From: Gonapodya sp. JEL0774
Taxonomy: Eukaryota
Assembly: GCA_027604505.1 (NCBI GenBank)
Contig: JADIIX010000133.1
Location: 1 to 63,510 of the forward strand
Reading direction: 5' to 3'
Length of the DNA: 63,510 nt
Part shown: one piece after another, positions 11,436-23,600 of the stretch
Layout of the letters: every line of letters starts with the position of its first letter
Numbering within the stretch: position 1 is the first letter of the stretch
Position numbers and translations under genes: made by a program
The notes under the pieces: generated by a model
The model's database searches: none
What the model was told of the DNA's origin: nothing
Seen by the model: only the letters and a program-made list of their open reading frames with translations

Positions 11436-12666
11436 CGTCACTTTATCTTTGTTCTTCATTCAGAGCTTCACGAGTTGCAACTTGTAAAAACAAACCAAAA
11501 AAATGCATGCAGTACCCAACAAACCAGTTCATTTGAGTTCTCGGTCCCCTCTTCATTTCTCTCCCCTAAAAACCACGGTGCAATCGCTTTCTCATCAATC
11601 GAATGCATTCTCTCGGCTTGAAGGACCGGATCAGTGATTGACTAAACACCTCAACGTCCACAGAAAAGTGAATGCGGCTAACGTCGTTAATATTTCTGAG
11701 TGAGTTCAACACATTTTTCTTAATGGCATTAGTTCTCGATGGACTGTGAAAGGAAGGGGAGGAGAGAACAGACAGATCCAAAATAACAAATTCTATCCTC
11801 TGTAACTCGCAAAAGTCCGGGGAACTTCCACACTTACAGAATATGAAAGTTTCGTGAGTGCACTCCACCACTTGCGATATTGCTTGAAGCTTTGTTATAG
11901 CACGTGCGATTGGTCAATTCGCGCTATCCCCATGGTCTAGCATCTTCCTTTCGAGATAGCACTTTGTACATTTCTTCCTTGCTGAGTACTCATTACTTGC
12001 TTTTCTGATATTGTATCTCTCACTCCGTCGTCTGCAGATATCATCCTGTGTTTCCCCCCCTCGTCCTATGCATTTCTCCTCAAGCTGTCACGTATCATTC
12101 AAACCATCGTATTACATTGTCTCTTCTTCATCTCTTTGACGTGAATCCCCTAGGCCTCCGCCCATTGGATATCCAAATAAGCAGGTGCATACGTAACAAA
12201 TTTTAGAATACATGTGATCCTCTAAGTCAAATAAATGATCTTGTGAGGCCTTCACACGAACTTTCGCTGCATCATCGATTCTCCACATTCTACGTAGATA
12301 AAAGTGCTGTCACCACGGCATCACCACAATACAGTCTCTGCCCCACAGACTATCTTCTCTTCATTCACTGCACACGTTTTTTTTGGCCGGATACACCGGA
12401 GTTCTCAGTCGGGAGTAATAGGAGAATATTGTTCGGTCCCTGTCGGAATGTGCAGGGATTCGCAAAGGATGCGCATGCGTATGCAGTGTCACCTATCTTG
12501 TAGGCTTGCCACAGCCACAGAATTTAACCACCACAGCAGATTTTGGCGCCCAGGCATCCACCAGTCAACGTTTTCTCGAGCGAACACGAGCCATCAATCC
12601 AAAGCAGTGGAAACCCGTGCCGCTCTGTCTTCTTCTTATACTCGACCTGAATCCTCGACGACTTCC

Positions 12667-13711
12667 ATGCCTCGGCCTCGCGCACCCTCCAAACCCCACA
12701 AGTACCATTTGCCCGGTTACATTCCACCGCCAGACCGCCCAAAGCGCTTCCATTGTCGATACCCAGAATGCGCATACTCGTCCGACCGGTGAGTCTGCCG
12801 GTCTTCTTCATTCACTGCCAACTCTTGTCTTCATTAAACATCACTGCCGGAACTTCCGAATCCTGTCCTGCTCCCATGTACAGATCTTACAATCGGGAAA
12901 ATCATTACCTCACCCATTTCCCCGATCGTAATCGTGCTTACACATGCGCAGTCTGTGACGCGGAGTTTTTCAGGGCCCCGGATCTTCGCGTCCATCAAAA
13001 TCGAACCAAACATACGAACCACCCCGTTAGCAACACTCTTCTGAAGTACGTTCTTTGATGCCGCGGTTGCTGAAAAGTGGCAGAAAACCGGCGAAAGAGA
13101 TGGGGCAAACACCAAGGATTTAATCTTCTTCCCTACATTGCGTCTCCCTGCTTCCAAAGTCATTATCTCGCCGTAGGATTTCCGAACACGAACTCTAACG
13201 TGGTCACTTCCCCGGGTTACGTGACACCACCACAAAGCCCACCAAGAACTGGAAACGGTGAAGTTCCGTCAAACGATGTAGAGTAGGTTTGGCGAGATTC
13301 ACTGGTTTACTGATACTTAGGGGTCTCTGAGCTCAGTTTTCCCTTATTTGTAGCGTTGTGAATATTCTGAACGTCATTGTCATGAACGAACCCCCGGTGT
13401 CAGCCGAATATGAATCACACCCGTCTCCGGATCCCTTGGGAATCCCGAATCAGCATCTTCAGCTAGATCTTGTATTCATGTCAGCAAATCCCACCAACCA
13501 AGCTGAATCGCCGAATGCATCGATACTCAACCTGATGACCCCCACGGGTCTCTTCGCAAGTGCTACTTTGACACCTCTTTTATTCCCGGACGTGAACCTG
13601 GGTCAGCAGTCACTTCTCTTCCACGATAATGCTATGCCAGACGAGCTCGTCGATTTCATCGACGTCGGCTATTTCATCGACGAATCCTACACTCACTTAG
13701 GACAGTTGTGA
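12667..13711 (+). CDS. C2H2 zinc-finger transcription factor, copy 2
   Basis: Same exon structure as copy 1 at +2576. Zinc-finger exons are identical; the last exon has 7 amino-acid differences. Confidence 0.82.
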
Positions 13712-13725
13712 TACCTCGAGAAACG

Positions 13726-14011
13726 GCATACCGCCTCTAAATGGGAATGGGCGATGCATGTTTTCTCTCAAACTAAGTCACAGAAGAAAGAAAGGCCGTT
13801 TGCGATATTTTTGGACGTTGTTGACTTGTGGATCGAGCACTAGAGAGCTCTTGTTTCCTGCTTCTTTTTCTTGCCGTGTGAACCTTTCCTCTTTGTGCTT
13901 ATCATCGAAAACGTTTGCTGGGATTTGATACTGCGAGAAAGAGCATACCGCCTCTATATGGGAATGGGCGATGCACCAGCATACCGCCTCTACATGGAAA
14001 TGGGCGATGCA
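13726..14011 (+). repeat. Second set of three 33-nt hairpin-like repeats (13726-13758, 13943-13975, 13979-14011)
   Basis: Identical to the set downstream of copy 1. Confidence 0.9.
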
Positions 14012-14215
14012 CGTCACTTTATCTTTGTTCTTCATTCAGAGCTTCACGAGTTGCAACTTGTAAAAACAAACCAAAAAAATGCATGCAGTACCCAACAAAC
14101 CAGTTCATTTGAGTTCTCAGTACTCTCCTCCTTTCTCTCCCCTATAAATCACGGTGCAATCGCTTTTTCATCGATGGAATGCATTTTCTCTGCTTGCAGG
14201 AGAAAGCGCAGTAAT

Positions 14216-16916
14216 CTACAATACACTACAAACTCCAATGCAAAACAAATGAAAACCATCATTATCATATACGAATGGGCTCAACATCATATTTCTGGTA
14301 TCCTTTATTGTTTCAAAAATCTGGAGGACGATTCCAGATGAGCGGGTTGTTCCCGAGCCCCACTCCATACTCTCACCGTAACCAACGTACCACACGGAGG
14401 AACCTTCGAGCACTTCTCATCCCCTCCCCCTCGTCACCACCACCCTTACCATCCTCGCCACCACCTTCCTCCACGCCCCACCTCTGACTGCACCCCTGAT
14501 GACCCCCTTGCACCCTTCCACGACCCTCCCGAGCCCCTTCCGGACGCCCTGACTCTTCCCCATGGTCCTCAGCACCCTCCCTAAGCCCCCCGACTTCACG
14601 AACCCCCTCACGGCCGCCACGACCGCTTTGAGCGCCCCGCTCGACAGTTTGCGTTCCGCACCGAGGACCGACCGGCGCGATCCCGAGAGGAACGCGGTAC
14701 GCCAGGAGCGTTTTATCGCCGTCACGAAGATCTTGCGGCCTGTGCCGCGTGGAGCCATGCGGAGGACCCGGTCTGTGAGTGGCGGTGAGGACGAGGTTGC
14801 TGACGCGGTCGTCGCGCCTGGGGCGACGCCGGTCCCACCTGCCCCGGCACTCCCCGAGGCGACGACCATTGTCCGTCCAGCGCGGCGCTCCTCCCACTCG
14901 GTGACGAGTTTGGTCCTCAGGAGCTCCAGAGGCGCGGAGACCACGACGGCCAGTGTGGCCGAGAGGCCGCCGATGAGACCGAGCGTGGAGAGTGGGAGGG
15001 GCGGAGGGGACAATTCTGCGTCGGTGCCAGTGGCGGTGGCGGTGGCGGTGTTGGTAGGGGTGGTCGTTGTCGTGGTCATGTCCGCCGTGACCGTGACAGG
15101 TCCATCACGGAGTTCGCGCGATGATGGTAATCCGACCGAGATGGGGTGCGCGCTGGCAGTTGCGGCGGTTCCACCCCCCATCACCACCCCGCCCGCAGGC
15201 CTAACCCGCCGCCGCTCATCGTACCATGCCCGTTCGTGTTCCGCGGTGTAGTAGTTCGTGAAGTAGTCTCCGAGAGCGTAGAATGCGGCGACTTTGGAAA
15301 CACAGGAGGAGATGCAGGGCGTTGTGAGGAGGGCAGAAGGGGTGTGGGGCGAAGGTGAGAGGGAAAGTGGATTGGTGGAGGGGTGGGGGAGGAGGGAGGA
15401 GAGAGGAAGCAAACAGGTCGTGAGGTAGTAGAAGCAGATCGGCTTACTTGGTTTGGTCGTGTTTTTACCGCTTCAATCCGTAACTCCTGGACGGGTCCAC
15501 ATATCGTGGTCTGTGCTCTCGACCCCTCACTCCACAACAGCCCCCTCCCCTCCCAAACAACTCACTATACCCCACTCCACCCCCGACACTCGTCCAAAAC
15601 CCTTTCCACAACCCCCTCAGGCCGTGCTGTCCGACCACCTCCCTGACGACGTTTGTCCACCGCGCGCGTTTGGCCAGATCGGTGTCGGGGGGTACGAGGT
15701 GGGTGTGGAGGTGTGGAAGCGCAGGTGATGGTAACGGAGATGTGGTCGTAGGTGCTGTGTGGAGAGTGGCGGCGATGTGGGACTGGTGGGAGAGGAGGTT
15801 GGAGAGCGGGGTGGAGATGAAGGTGGAGAGGAGGTGGGCGAGGGAGCCTTGGCGGGGGCGGGTGGCGGGGAGGGGGAGTGTCGTTGATGGTGCGGGAGAG
15901 AGAAAACAGGCCCGGACACTGTATCGGACACTGAAAGACGAGCAGCCCGCGCTGTTTCCGTGTTCTCCGGGTCGCTCACCGTGTTTGGTGGCGTTCCACT
16001 TCCCCTTCTGACCTCTCGTCCTGTGCTTTGACCTGCTGAACGTCACCTTTCCTCTACTATGCCCTGGACTTATCCTCCACCAGGCGCCAGGGTTCTGTTC
16101 CCTACGGACATTCCGCCACACGCACTCTCCACATACGTACCCGCGACGAGTCCCACGGTAATTGGACCGGCATCTTTGGGTAGGATGCGGGATTTGGTGA
16201 CGTCTTTGGCGTATTCACTGGTCGCGGGGGTGGATGGTAACAGGAAATGAGTATGTTGGGAACTCTGAATGAGAAGCACCTGACACGCTGAATGTCGAGA
16301 GCATCAGAAATTTCCTTGGATTTGTTCCACCGACAGAAGTTTAGGATGACTTCCGTGGGGCGGAGCAGGGCCATCCCCTCCACGGGCCCGAGGGTTTTCA
16401 AATGCCGAAAACCCTCACCGAGCCCCCTTCCCCATTGAGGTACGTACTAGGCAGCCATCATAAGACCTGTAGCGGGAGCCTGTGGAGGGAAAGCCAAATG
16501 TTTGAACAGGCACAGAATAGTAGAGTCATGTGAAGTGGTCTTCACCTTTTGTACGAGACATTTTCCCAAGTCCTTGGCGACGGCAAATTTGTCGAGTCTC
16601 CAGTTTGAAGAGAGCAGAGAAGGTTCAGAGAGGGGGACGAGTGAGTTAGGGGGTTGAGGTTTGAGCACGAGATGAGCATGGAGGTTTCCCTCGATTGGGT
16701 ACAGCACAACTTCGGCGAAAAAACCTGCTGCGGTGCCTGAGAAGATGACAAGGGGTGATGCAGTCAATGTGACGTCATAGCGGGTGAATCAGAACAAGCT
16801 TGTGGAGACAGACCGGCAGCAAGAGTCTCGAGAATTCCCTTGTAAAAGACGGCGCGTGAAGGGGGCAGTTGAGGTGGCACAGAGGAAGGCGCAGGTGGCG
16901 CAGACTCTATTTCCAT
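14216..16916 (-). CDS. Divergent mitochondrial carrier (SLC25) family protein; 3' end and internal exons uncertain
   Basis: Carrier-like segments AGTAAGFFAEVVLYPIE, VVREVVGQHGLRGLWKG and GGLSATLAVVVSAPLELLRTK (PX[D/E]XX[K/R]X[K/R]). Long low-complexity insertions. Confidence 0.6.
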
Positions 16917-17042
16917 GTCCACTGTGGTCGCCAGTGGCGGAAATGGGCAGAGATGTGCGACGCGGTCGGTTGTGGAGTGGGGTCGAATGCAGCGCATGGT
17001 GACTCACCACACCTCCGTCTGTGGCCTCACCCTCGATCACAA

Positions 17043-17083
17043 GAGAATCCAAGGAGAATCCCCAGAGAATCCAAAGAGAATCC
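17043..17083. repeat. GAGAATCC x4 with an exact 11-bp period in the divergent carrier/NCS6 intergenic region
   Basis: Copies start at 17043, 17054, 17065 and 17076. Confidence 0.85.
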
Positions 17084-17641
17084 AGGAATATATGGAGTCG
17101 ATGCTATTATACACTGCTTCATCACGACCATTATTACTGCAAGTGACGTCCACATTATTAACCTAACACAAACCCGCCCTCTATCGTGAACGACAAAATT
17201 TGGCAGGTCGACGGCCACACCCATCGATACATAGGGCGTATTGTGTACTGCTGCCGACTCAACATCGTTAAACGATGAATACTATTTGAGGAACTAGACC
17301 CGTAACGGACCCCAATTACTTTCCTCGCCACGCAGCCCTTGTTATACGAAGCAAGCTCGATGAGGCTCTCGAATCTACAGCATTTTTGGATGATTTGAAA
17401 AGTGATCAAGTGAAGCAGAAAGCAAAGAGACGAAGCGCAAGTTTATGTAAGGTTTACGGGACAAGAGTTCCCAGGTCGACGGAGTCTTGAATCTCGAGGA
17501 AATAAAATTGGAGTATATTTAGTAGATGATCGTCTGATGAGATGGGTATCTGATATGGGCGAATTTGTGCAGCGCTGGTTGATGGCACAGTGGTGACCAG
17601 ATCATCCCCCATCTTCACTTCCACATTCACGTCCATCACTC

Positions 17642-19291
17642 ATGTCCACAAAACCCAAACGCGTCTGTGCCGCCTGCGGACTCCGCAAACCCTCCCTAAA
17701 GCGCCCCAAAAACGGCGCCATGGTTTGCTCCCAGTGCTTCTTCCTCATTTTCGAGACCGAGATCCACCACACCATCACCCACACCAACCTCTTCAAACGC
17801 GGCGAGAGGGTCGCTGTAGGCGCATCGGGAGGAAAAGGTAAAATAAACGAACGAACGATTCGGTCGATCCCGCGCTCGCCAGTTACTTGCTGCCTCGAGT
17901 CGATGGTCTCTGATGGGCTCCATGGTGCAGATTCGACCGTCCTCGCCCACGTCCTCAAGGTCCTCAACGAGCGCTACGACTACGGGCTGGACCTCTACCT
18001 TCTTTCTGTTGACGAAGGGATCACCGGATACCGAGATGACAGTCTGGAAGTGAGCTTGAACCCTCGACTGGTCGTTTGTTCTAGCAATATGCCCCACCAA
18101 TCCAAACACCCCCCCCTACCCCCAAGACAGTGAAACGAAACGAAAAGCAATACGAACTACCTCTTCTCATCGTCTCCTACGAAGAACTCTACGGATGGAC
18201 AATGGACTCTATCGTCGGAGAGGTCGGACTCAAGAACAACTGTGAGCTTTTTCCACCGTGTCGTGTCGCGAAGAATGTTCCCCAAACGAACGAATGTGCA
18301 CTCTCAAACTTCGGTCCTCTCATCGCCTCTTATCTTGTTGCATTTTTACCCGCTACCCGCTACCCGCACACATCCAGGCACATATTGTGGTGTTCTCCGA
18401 CGTCAGGCGCTCGACCGAGGCGCCGTGCGGTTACGGGTGGACCATATCGTCACCGGCCACAACGCAGACGACATGGCAGAGACGGTTTTGATGAATTGTG
18501 AGCTGAGCGCGCGGGTGAGGGCGTAACCTTCGTGATTTCCAGGCGGCAATTGTTGACAAATCGATTCACCGCACCACTGCTTCGTCTTGTTTCCGCTCAA
18601 TCGTCCCCCCTTCACTCCCACAGTCCTCCGCGGCGATTTCGCCCGCCTCCAACGCTGCACGCAAATCACGGTACACAACGAGGGCCAACTCCCGCGCTCC
18701 AAGCCGCTCAAGTTCGCCTACGAGAAGGAGATCGTCATGTACGCCTACTTGAAGAAGCTGGACTACTTTTCCACGGAGTGTACGTACAGCCCTAACGCGT
18801 ACCGCGGGAACGCGAGGACATTCCTCAAGGAGTTGGAGGCTATTCGACCGTCGTCGATTTTGGGTAGGTTGAAGGGCACGAGGAGCTATGGATGCCGCCT
18901 GGATTCCATGATGTAACGCTCCCGACAACCTCGTGACATGTTCACAGACATTATTTATTCTGGGGAGACCTTTGACGTCAATGCAACGCGATGCGATATT
19001 GAGACAACTTCTCCAAGTAAGGTCGAAGTTGCACTAGCTAATTTTTTCGATAACCCGAACGTTTCACCAACCCACCGACCATTTTCTTCTTCCCACCACG
19101 AAGAAACGTGCGAGCGATGTGGTTACATGTCCAGTGGGAAGTATTGTAAAGCTTGCATTCTCCTCGAGGGATTGCACAAGGGAGCGGCCAAGATAAAGCT
19201 TGGTGATGAGTACGGAGTGGCGGCCGCATCTAGAGTCGAGCATTCAACTCGAACAGGGGCCATCGAGAACAAAGAAGAAGTGGAAATATAA
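17642..19291 (+). CDS. NCS6: Cytoplasmic tRNA 2-thiolation protein 1 (Ncs6/CTU1)
   Basis: CxxC pairs, PP-loop [75 protein letters not shown]-terminal CERCG..CKAC. Confidence 0.97.
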
Positions 19292-19423
19292 TGTGAATAT
19301 CAGTTCATTTGCTTTCTTGGTGATAGATGAGCCTTCGCCAATTCTCAGATGTCCGGAGATGGAGACTGCCGGTGGTATGTAGTAGCATCGCAACCCATCC
19401 CTCTGTCAAACCAAGGAATCAAA

Positions 19424-20420
19424 ATGCCCTCAATGTCCGCTATTCGAAGGACGCTTCATTCGCTGCAAGCTCTTCTCAGTCCTCGTCCCAACCCCTCCCT
19501 CCTCTTCAGCCTGCTGCCGTTCGAACTCTTCTCCCTGATTCTCCTGGATTACAGACTTGAACTTCCTTTTGAAGCCATGTCCCCCGACTTTTCTTCCATC
19601 TCTTCGTCTCCCTGAAAGAATAGCTGCTCACGCGATTCGGAAATTCGGGACTGCTCTTCTCGCGTTCATTTCTGAGTGCAAGCGCTCCCAACAAGATCGA
19701 CGTACGATTGCTGCCATCATCCTTTCGGCGAGAGGAACTGACTCATTCTCGATTCCGTCCGGCGACCAAGCGCTTATGAGCAAGTGAGATGTGATGGTGG
19801 AACATCTCGTTTCAAAAGAGTACGATGGACAATCCACTCTGGACATTTTACTTCTTCTCATCTCAAATTGGTTCGAGATACCACCAGACCGAGTTTCTAA
19901 ACTTATTCTCCCCGGCGCAGGGTTGTCCAGAAATGGCACTGAACTTGTAGCCGCGTTCCTCGCAACGAATCGGTACGAATGTGATGCATTATGGTTGGAC
20001 TTTGTAAATGCCTGTGTCATACGAAGCACATTGGCTGCCGCTCAATTGCTCTTAGACAATGTTTCGGAAACCGGGGACCGAATGAATGATGCCGTCTTGC
20101 ATCCAGTGTACACCAAGTTTGCGAGCACCGCACACAGCTATTCCAGCTATAGAAGAATGTTTCAACACAAGAAAATGCCCTCGCGGGGTGTAAAGCAGTA
20201 TCACACTCTGCACGCCTTCCTCCCCTCCCTTACAAATACGAATTTTGTTGACAACGACAGACATTCGCCTCCCAGTAGTTCAGGACGCTTTGGGTACTGT
20301 GCGCTTCATTCATTCCCCAAAATTATGGCTTAATATTAGGTATTGGGCATTAGTGGACCGATGCACCCGACGTGCTGGCCCAGAGCGAGAGGCCGTCCAC
20401 CCAAAAACTGCTTAGAGTAA
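19424..20420 (+). pseudogene. Possible disrupted F-box-like/ankyrin-like repeat gene
   Basis: LLPFELFSLIL (F-box-like), then an apparent +1 frameshift in a C-run near 19610 (SSSP/ERIAAHAIRKFG) and an in-frame TGA at 19785. Ankyrin-like NGTELVAAFL and NACVIRSTLAAAQLLLDN follow. The TGA could instead lie in an intron (gtgaga donor at 19784). Confidence 0.4.
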
Positions 20421-20630
20421 CCAGCTTCAAGGTTAGTTCCTACTTTGATCGATGAACATCAATTTTCCATTGTATTTGCAGCCCCATGTGTATTGGGAAG
20501 CTCAGAAACAATATCCACATCATGGTGTAGTTTGAGTCAGTGAAGAGTGTTGTGGCATATGTACAAATTTGCAGTAGTTTCAAACACACAGACACAAACG
20601 ACCAAAAGAAACAACACGCCACCGAAACTC

Positions 20631-23600
20631 TCAGAATGTCATTTTTAATTGGATCTTCGGTGCCGCCGCCTGCGCTTCTCGTTCTTTCGCAACTTGCACC
20701 TCAAATCGAAATGACCGTTCCAGTTTCGTTCTGGGCACCTCGGGTAACGCGCCAATCACGGCCCGCACTGCAGCGGGATTTTGCGCCGCAAGTTGCATGA
20801 GGGTCGCGGCAGAGAGGTGGTGCAGTTGATTCGCGGCGGAAGAGGGAAACCGGAAAGAAGAAGCATCGGCGGGGAGATCGGCCAGGAGGGAAATGAATGT
20901 AGGAACTATGAGTGACAGAACGCTGATCCCTTTATTAAGCAAATAATTGGTGAGATGCACGATTCGGATACTGAATGAACTCGACGTCTTACTTTTCTCG
21001 TCATCTCCACTGAGCGCATAAACAACAAGCAAAACACGCAACGCCTCCTCAACTGCTGGCAACTTCCCATCAATGAGCCGAGAAGTGCCTCTCTCGTCCT
21101 GAATGGCTCTGCCTGTTCGTTGAATGTACAGCACGATCGAAGGTACGAGGGACCGTATGTAAACACTGCCTGCAAGAACTGTATCTTGTTTTGCAGAGAG
21201 CGCAAACAGGGATTTAGAGGACTGTATTGCGATCAAATTAGACTGGACGGTAGACGGGAACGCGGCTTGTTTGATCATCTCCACGCGAATTCGAAGAATG
21301 TCGAGCGATGACGCACCGCCAGTGTATCACTTGACAATATCAATTTGATGGCTGATGAAAGTCTCTCGGTGATTTGCTTTTGCAAAGTAGAGCGAGGGCA
21401 AAGGGTCGTGAGCAACACAGTCGCCAGAAGTGCATTTCGTTGAACAGCTTCATGATTCTGGAGCCCATTTGCAAAATTCCCATCAGTGGCACTTGGATGG
21501 ACAATTAAAAACACCATTCAAGTTGAGTAGATCTTAAACTATAAAGTGCACAATCTCACCTAGGAGAACAAATGTCGAGAAGGTTGCGGCAAAGTCGTTG
21601 TGTCACACGAGCTAGAACAGGTTCCGTATCTTCCGTGCATGCGACTTCAATTCCTTCAAACGCTTCCTTGACGCAGGCGAGCGCTCGCGGAGCAATTGTT
21701 GATGCAAATTCATCCTCCTGGATGATGGCTATCGAACACCTTTGGATGACTCATGGCCCGAGAGGGATTAGGATGAATAGCCAATAACTCACCCAGACAA
21801 GTAAAAAGCAATGCGGGAAGAATCTCGAGCTTTGCGTTGACGGTATCTTGAATTGCGACAAGTTTTGTGAAAGATTCCAGAGATATTATTAGGAGGTTCA
21901 GTTCCTCAGCGCTTGCATTCTTCCCACAAAGCACTTCACACAAAATGTCAATCACCAATGTCAGAGCGGACAAGGCACGTAACCCACACTTCGGAACAGC
22001 CGCAGAGCCTTTCGACAGGATTGGCAGGTATCGATCGAATACTTTCAAGAGAAAGCGCATAGTATGATACATTTTTGAATATTCGGAGATGTTACCAAGC
22101 AGTTTGAAGGGAGTTACGTTGCTCCCGCGAGTAGGAGAAGAGATGTTCTCCAGCGACCTGCAAAGACTGCGGTCCGTAACGCTAATCAGAAGACAACAAT
22201 GAGAGTTTTCTTACCCAGGTGTGAACCCCACAGATGATTCGTCAGTGAGATAAGCGATCCCGTAAGCATGAATGATTTGCCGTACAGTCTGAACAAGTGC
22301 AGTTTGCACGGCAACACTGCTGGAATCCAGCAATCGCTCAAAAACACTGAGAAGTTCTAGATAAAAAACCTGACGAGAAGGGATAGAAAAATGACGTCCA
22401 GAAGTGATAACCTCAATGTACGCGTTCACAAGCTATACTAGCGCTTACCTTGTCCAAGAAAGTACTTCCCCCCCCTGATACTTCAGGATTAAAGAAGCTT
22501 CTCAATGCATTCACACACACTAAATTTGTGTTAAACGATCCATCAATAGATTGTTGAAGGGTAAACTGTGTTGGTGACGTCAAAGCTTCAGTCCCCGTGG
22601 AGATCCCCGCAGTCACTTCCTCCACACATAGTCCAATCAAAATGTTGAGAGCCGGGGAAACAGTCTCACGGTCATCATTCGGGTTTAACTCCTTCAAGAC
22701 AACTTCATTCTTCATATCGACGAGACTCGAAACACAAAGAAGTATGACCACCCAAGATTCTCGATAGAACTGAAATCAAGAATAGAATAAGGAGACCTCA
22801 CCCAAGCGATTTACGGACGTGTGGCACTTACAGGCAGAATGACATCCTGTGTCGCTTCCATATACATGCTTGTGGATGAAGACCCTTCATTCCCGGATCC
22901 GACTGTAACGGGCAAGCTTGGGAGGAGATCTCCTTCCAATTTCAGTCGCGCATAGTCAGAAAGGGTTGAAATCCACAGCCCAGCCAGAGTGTTGATGATT
23001 GGCGTGACAACTTCTTTCAAGTAAGGTCGAGTAAAGCTCGCGGCGTGCAGCTCTGCCCACGCTTTCTGAATCGCAAGCTTAACCATCACTGTTGCATGAG
23101 GGCTCACGGTCTCCGCAGAGAGGGAGGTAGTATCTGAGCGCAACGGATTGATAATCTTAGTGCAAAGTTGAACATGTTGAGCGAGGGCATACCTTTACAT
23201 CTCTCCAAACTGTTCGTCAGAAGTTTAAGGACTCTGCTGAGTGTAGAAAGGTCTTTGTTGATCCCGCTGCCGATGTAGAAGGCACATACTCGACAAGCAG
23301 TTGCCATGATCTCTGGTGGAGAATCTGGGACAAACGCTGGATTCAGAGCAGCAGATATTTGAGCTTGATACTGCTCCAACAAAGCATGCTCTTCGAAATC
23401 TGGATCTGATGCCGATCCAAACCGCTTCCAAATGTTTCTGTTGGACGATTTCTCTGGCTCAAAACAATGTGACAGCACTCACCCCCAACAAGTCCTCCAG
23501 CAAATCCAAACCACCGAGTCTTAAGTCGCTTACTGGTGCTGTCGCCGCAGCAAAAGCGATGCGAATGAGGTCATTCAACCTCAAAACCAGAAAATCGCCC

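Larger units (their letters stand above)
9520..14198 (+). repeat. Tandem direct duplication with a 2,576-bp offset (copy 1 ~9520-11620, copy 2 ~11840-14198)
   Basis: 9931-11542 aligns nearly base-for-base with 12507-14118. The flanks are homologous but more diverged and contain indels. Confidence 0.97.

Noticed and set aside
12166..12286. Extra segment in copy 2 as a MITE or transposon
   Set aside because: No terminal inverted repeats. Microhomology-mediated deletion from copy 1 explains it equally well.
14298..14306. GTATCCTTT U12-type donor motif
   Set aside because: Not inside any plus-strand gene and no matching branch site or acceptor context; likely chance.
14562..15251. Long antisense ORF (also 34301-35239 and 60430-61080)
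   Set aside because: Shadow frames of GC-rich genuine exons on the opposite strand.
19785..19787. In-frame TGA as selenocysteine (some early-diverging fungi use Sec)
   Set aside because: No redox motif, no recognisable SECIS, a nearby frameshift, and overlap with a possible splice donor.
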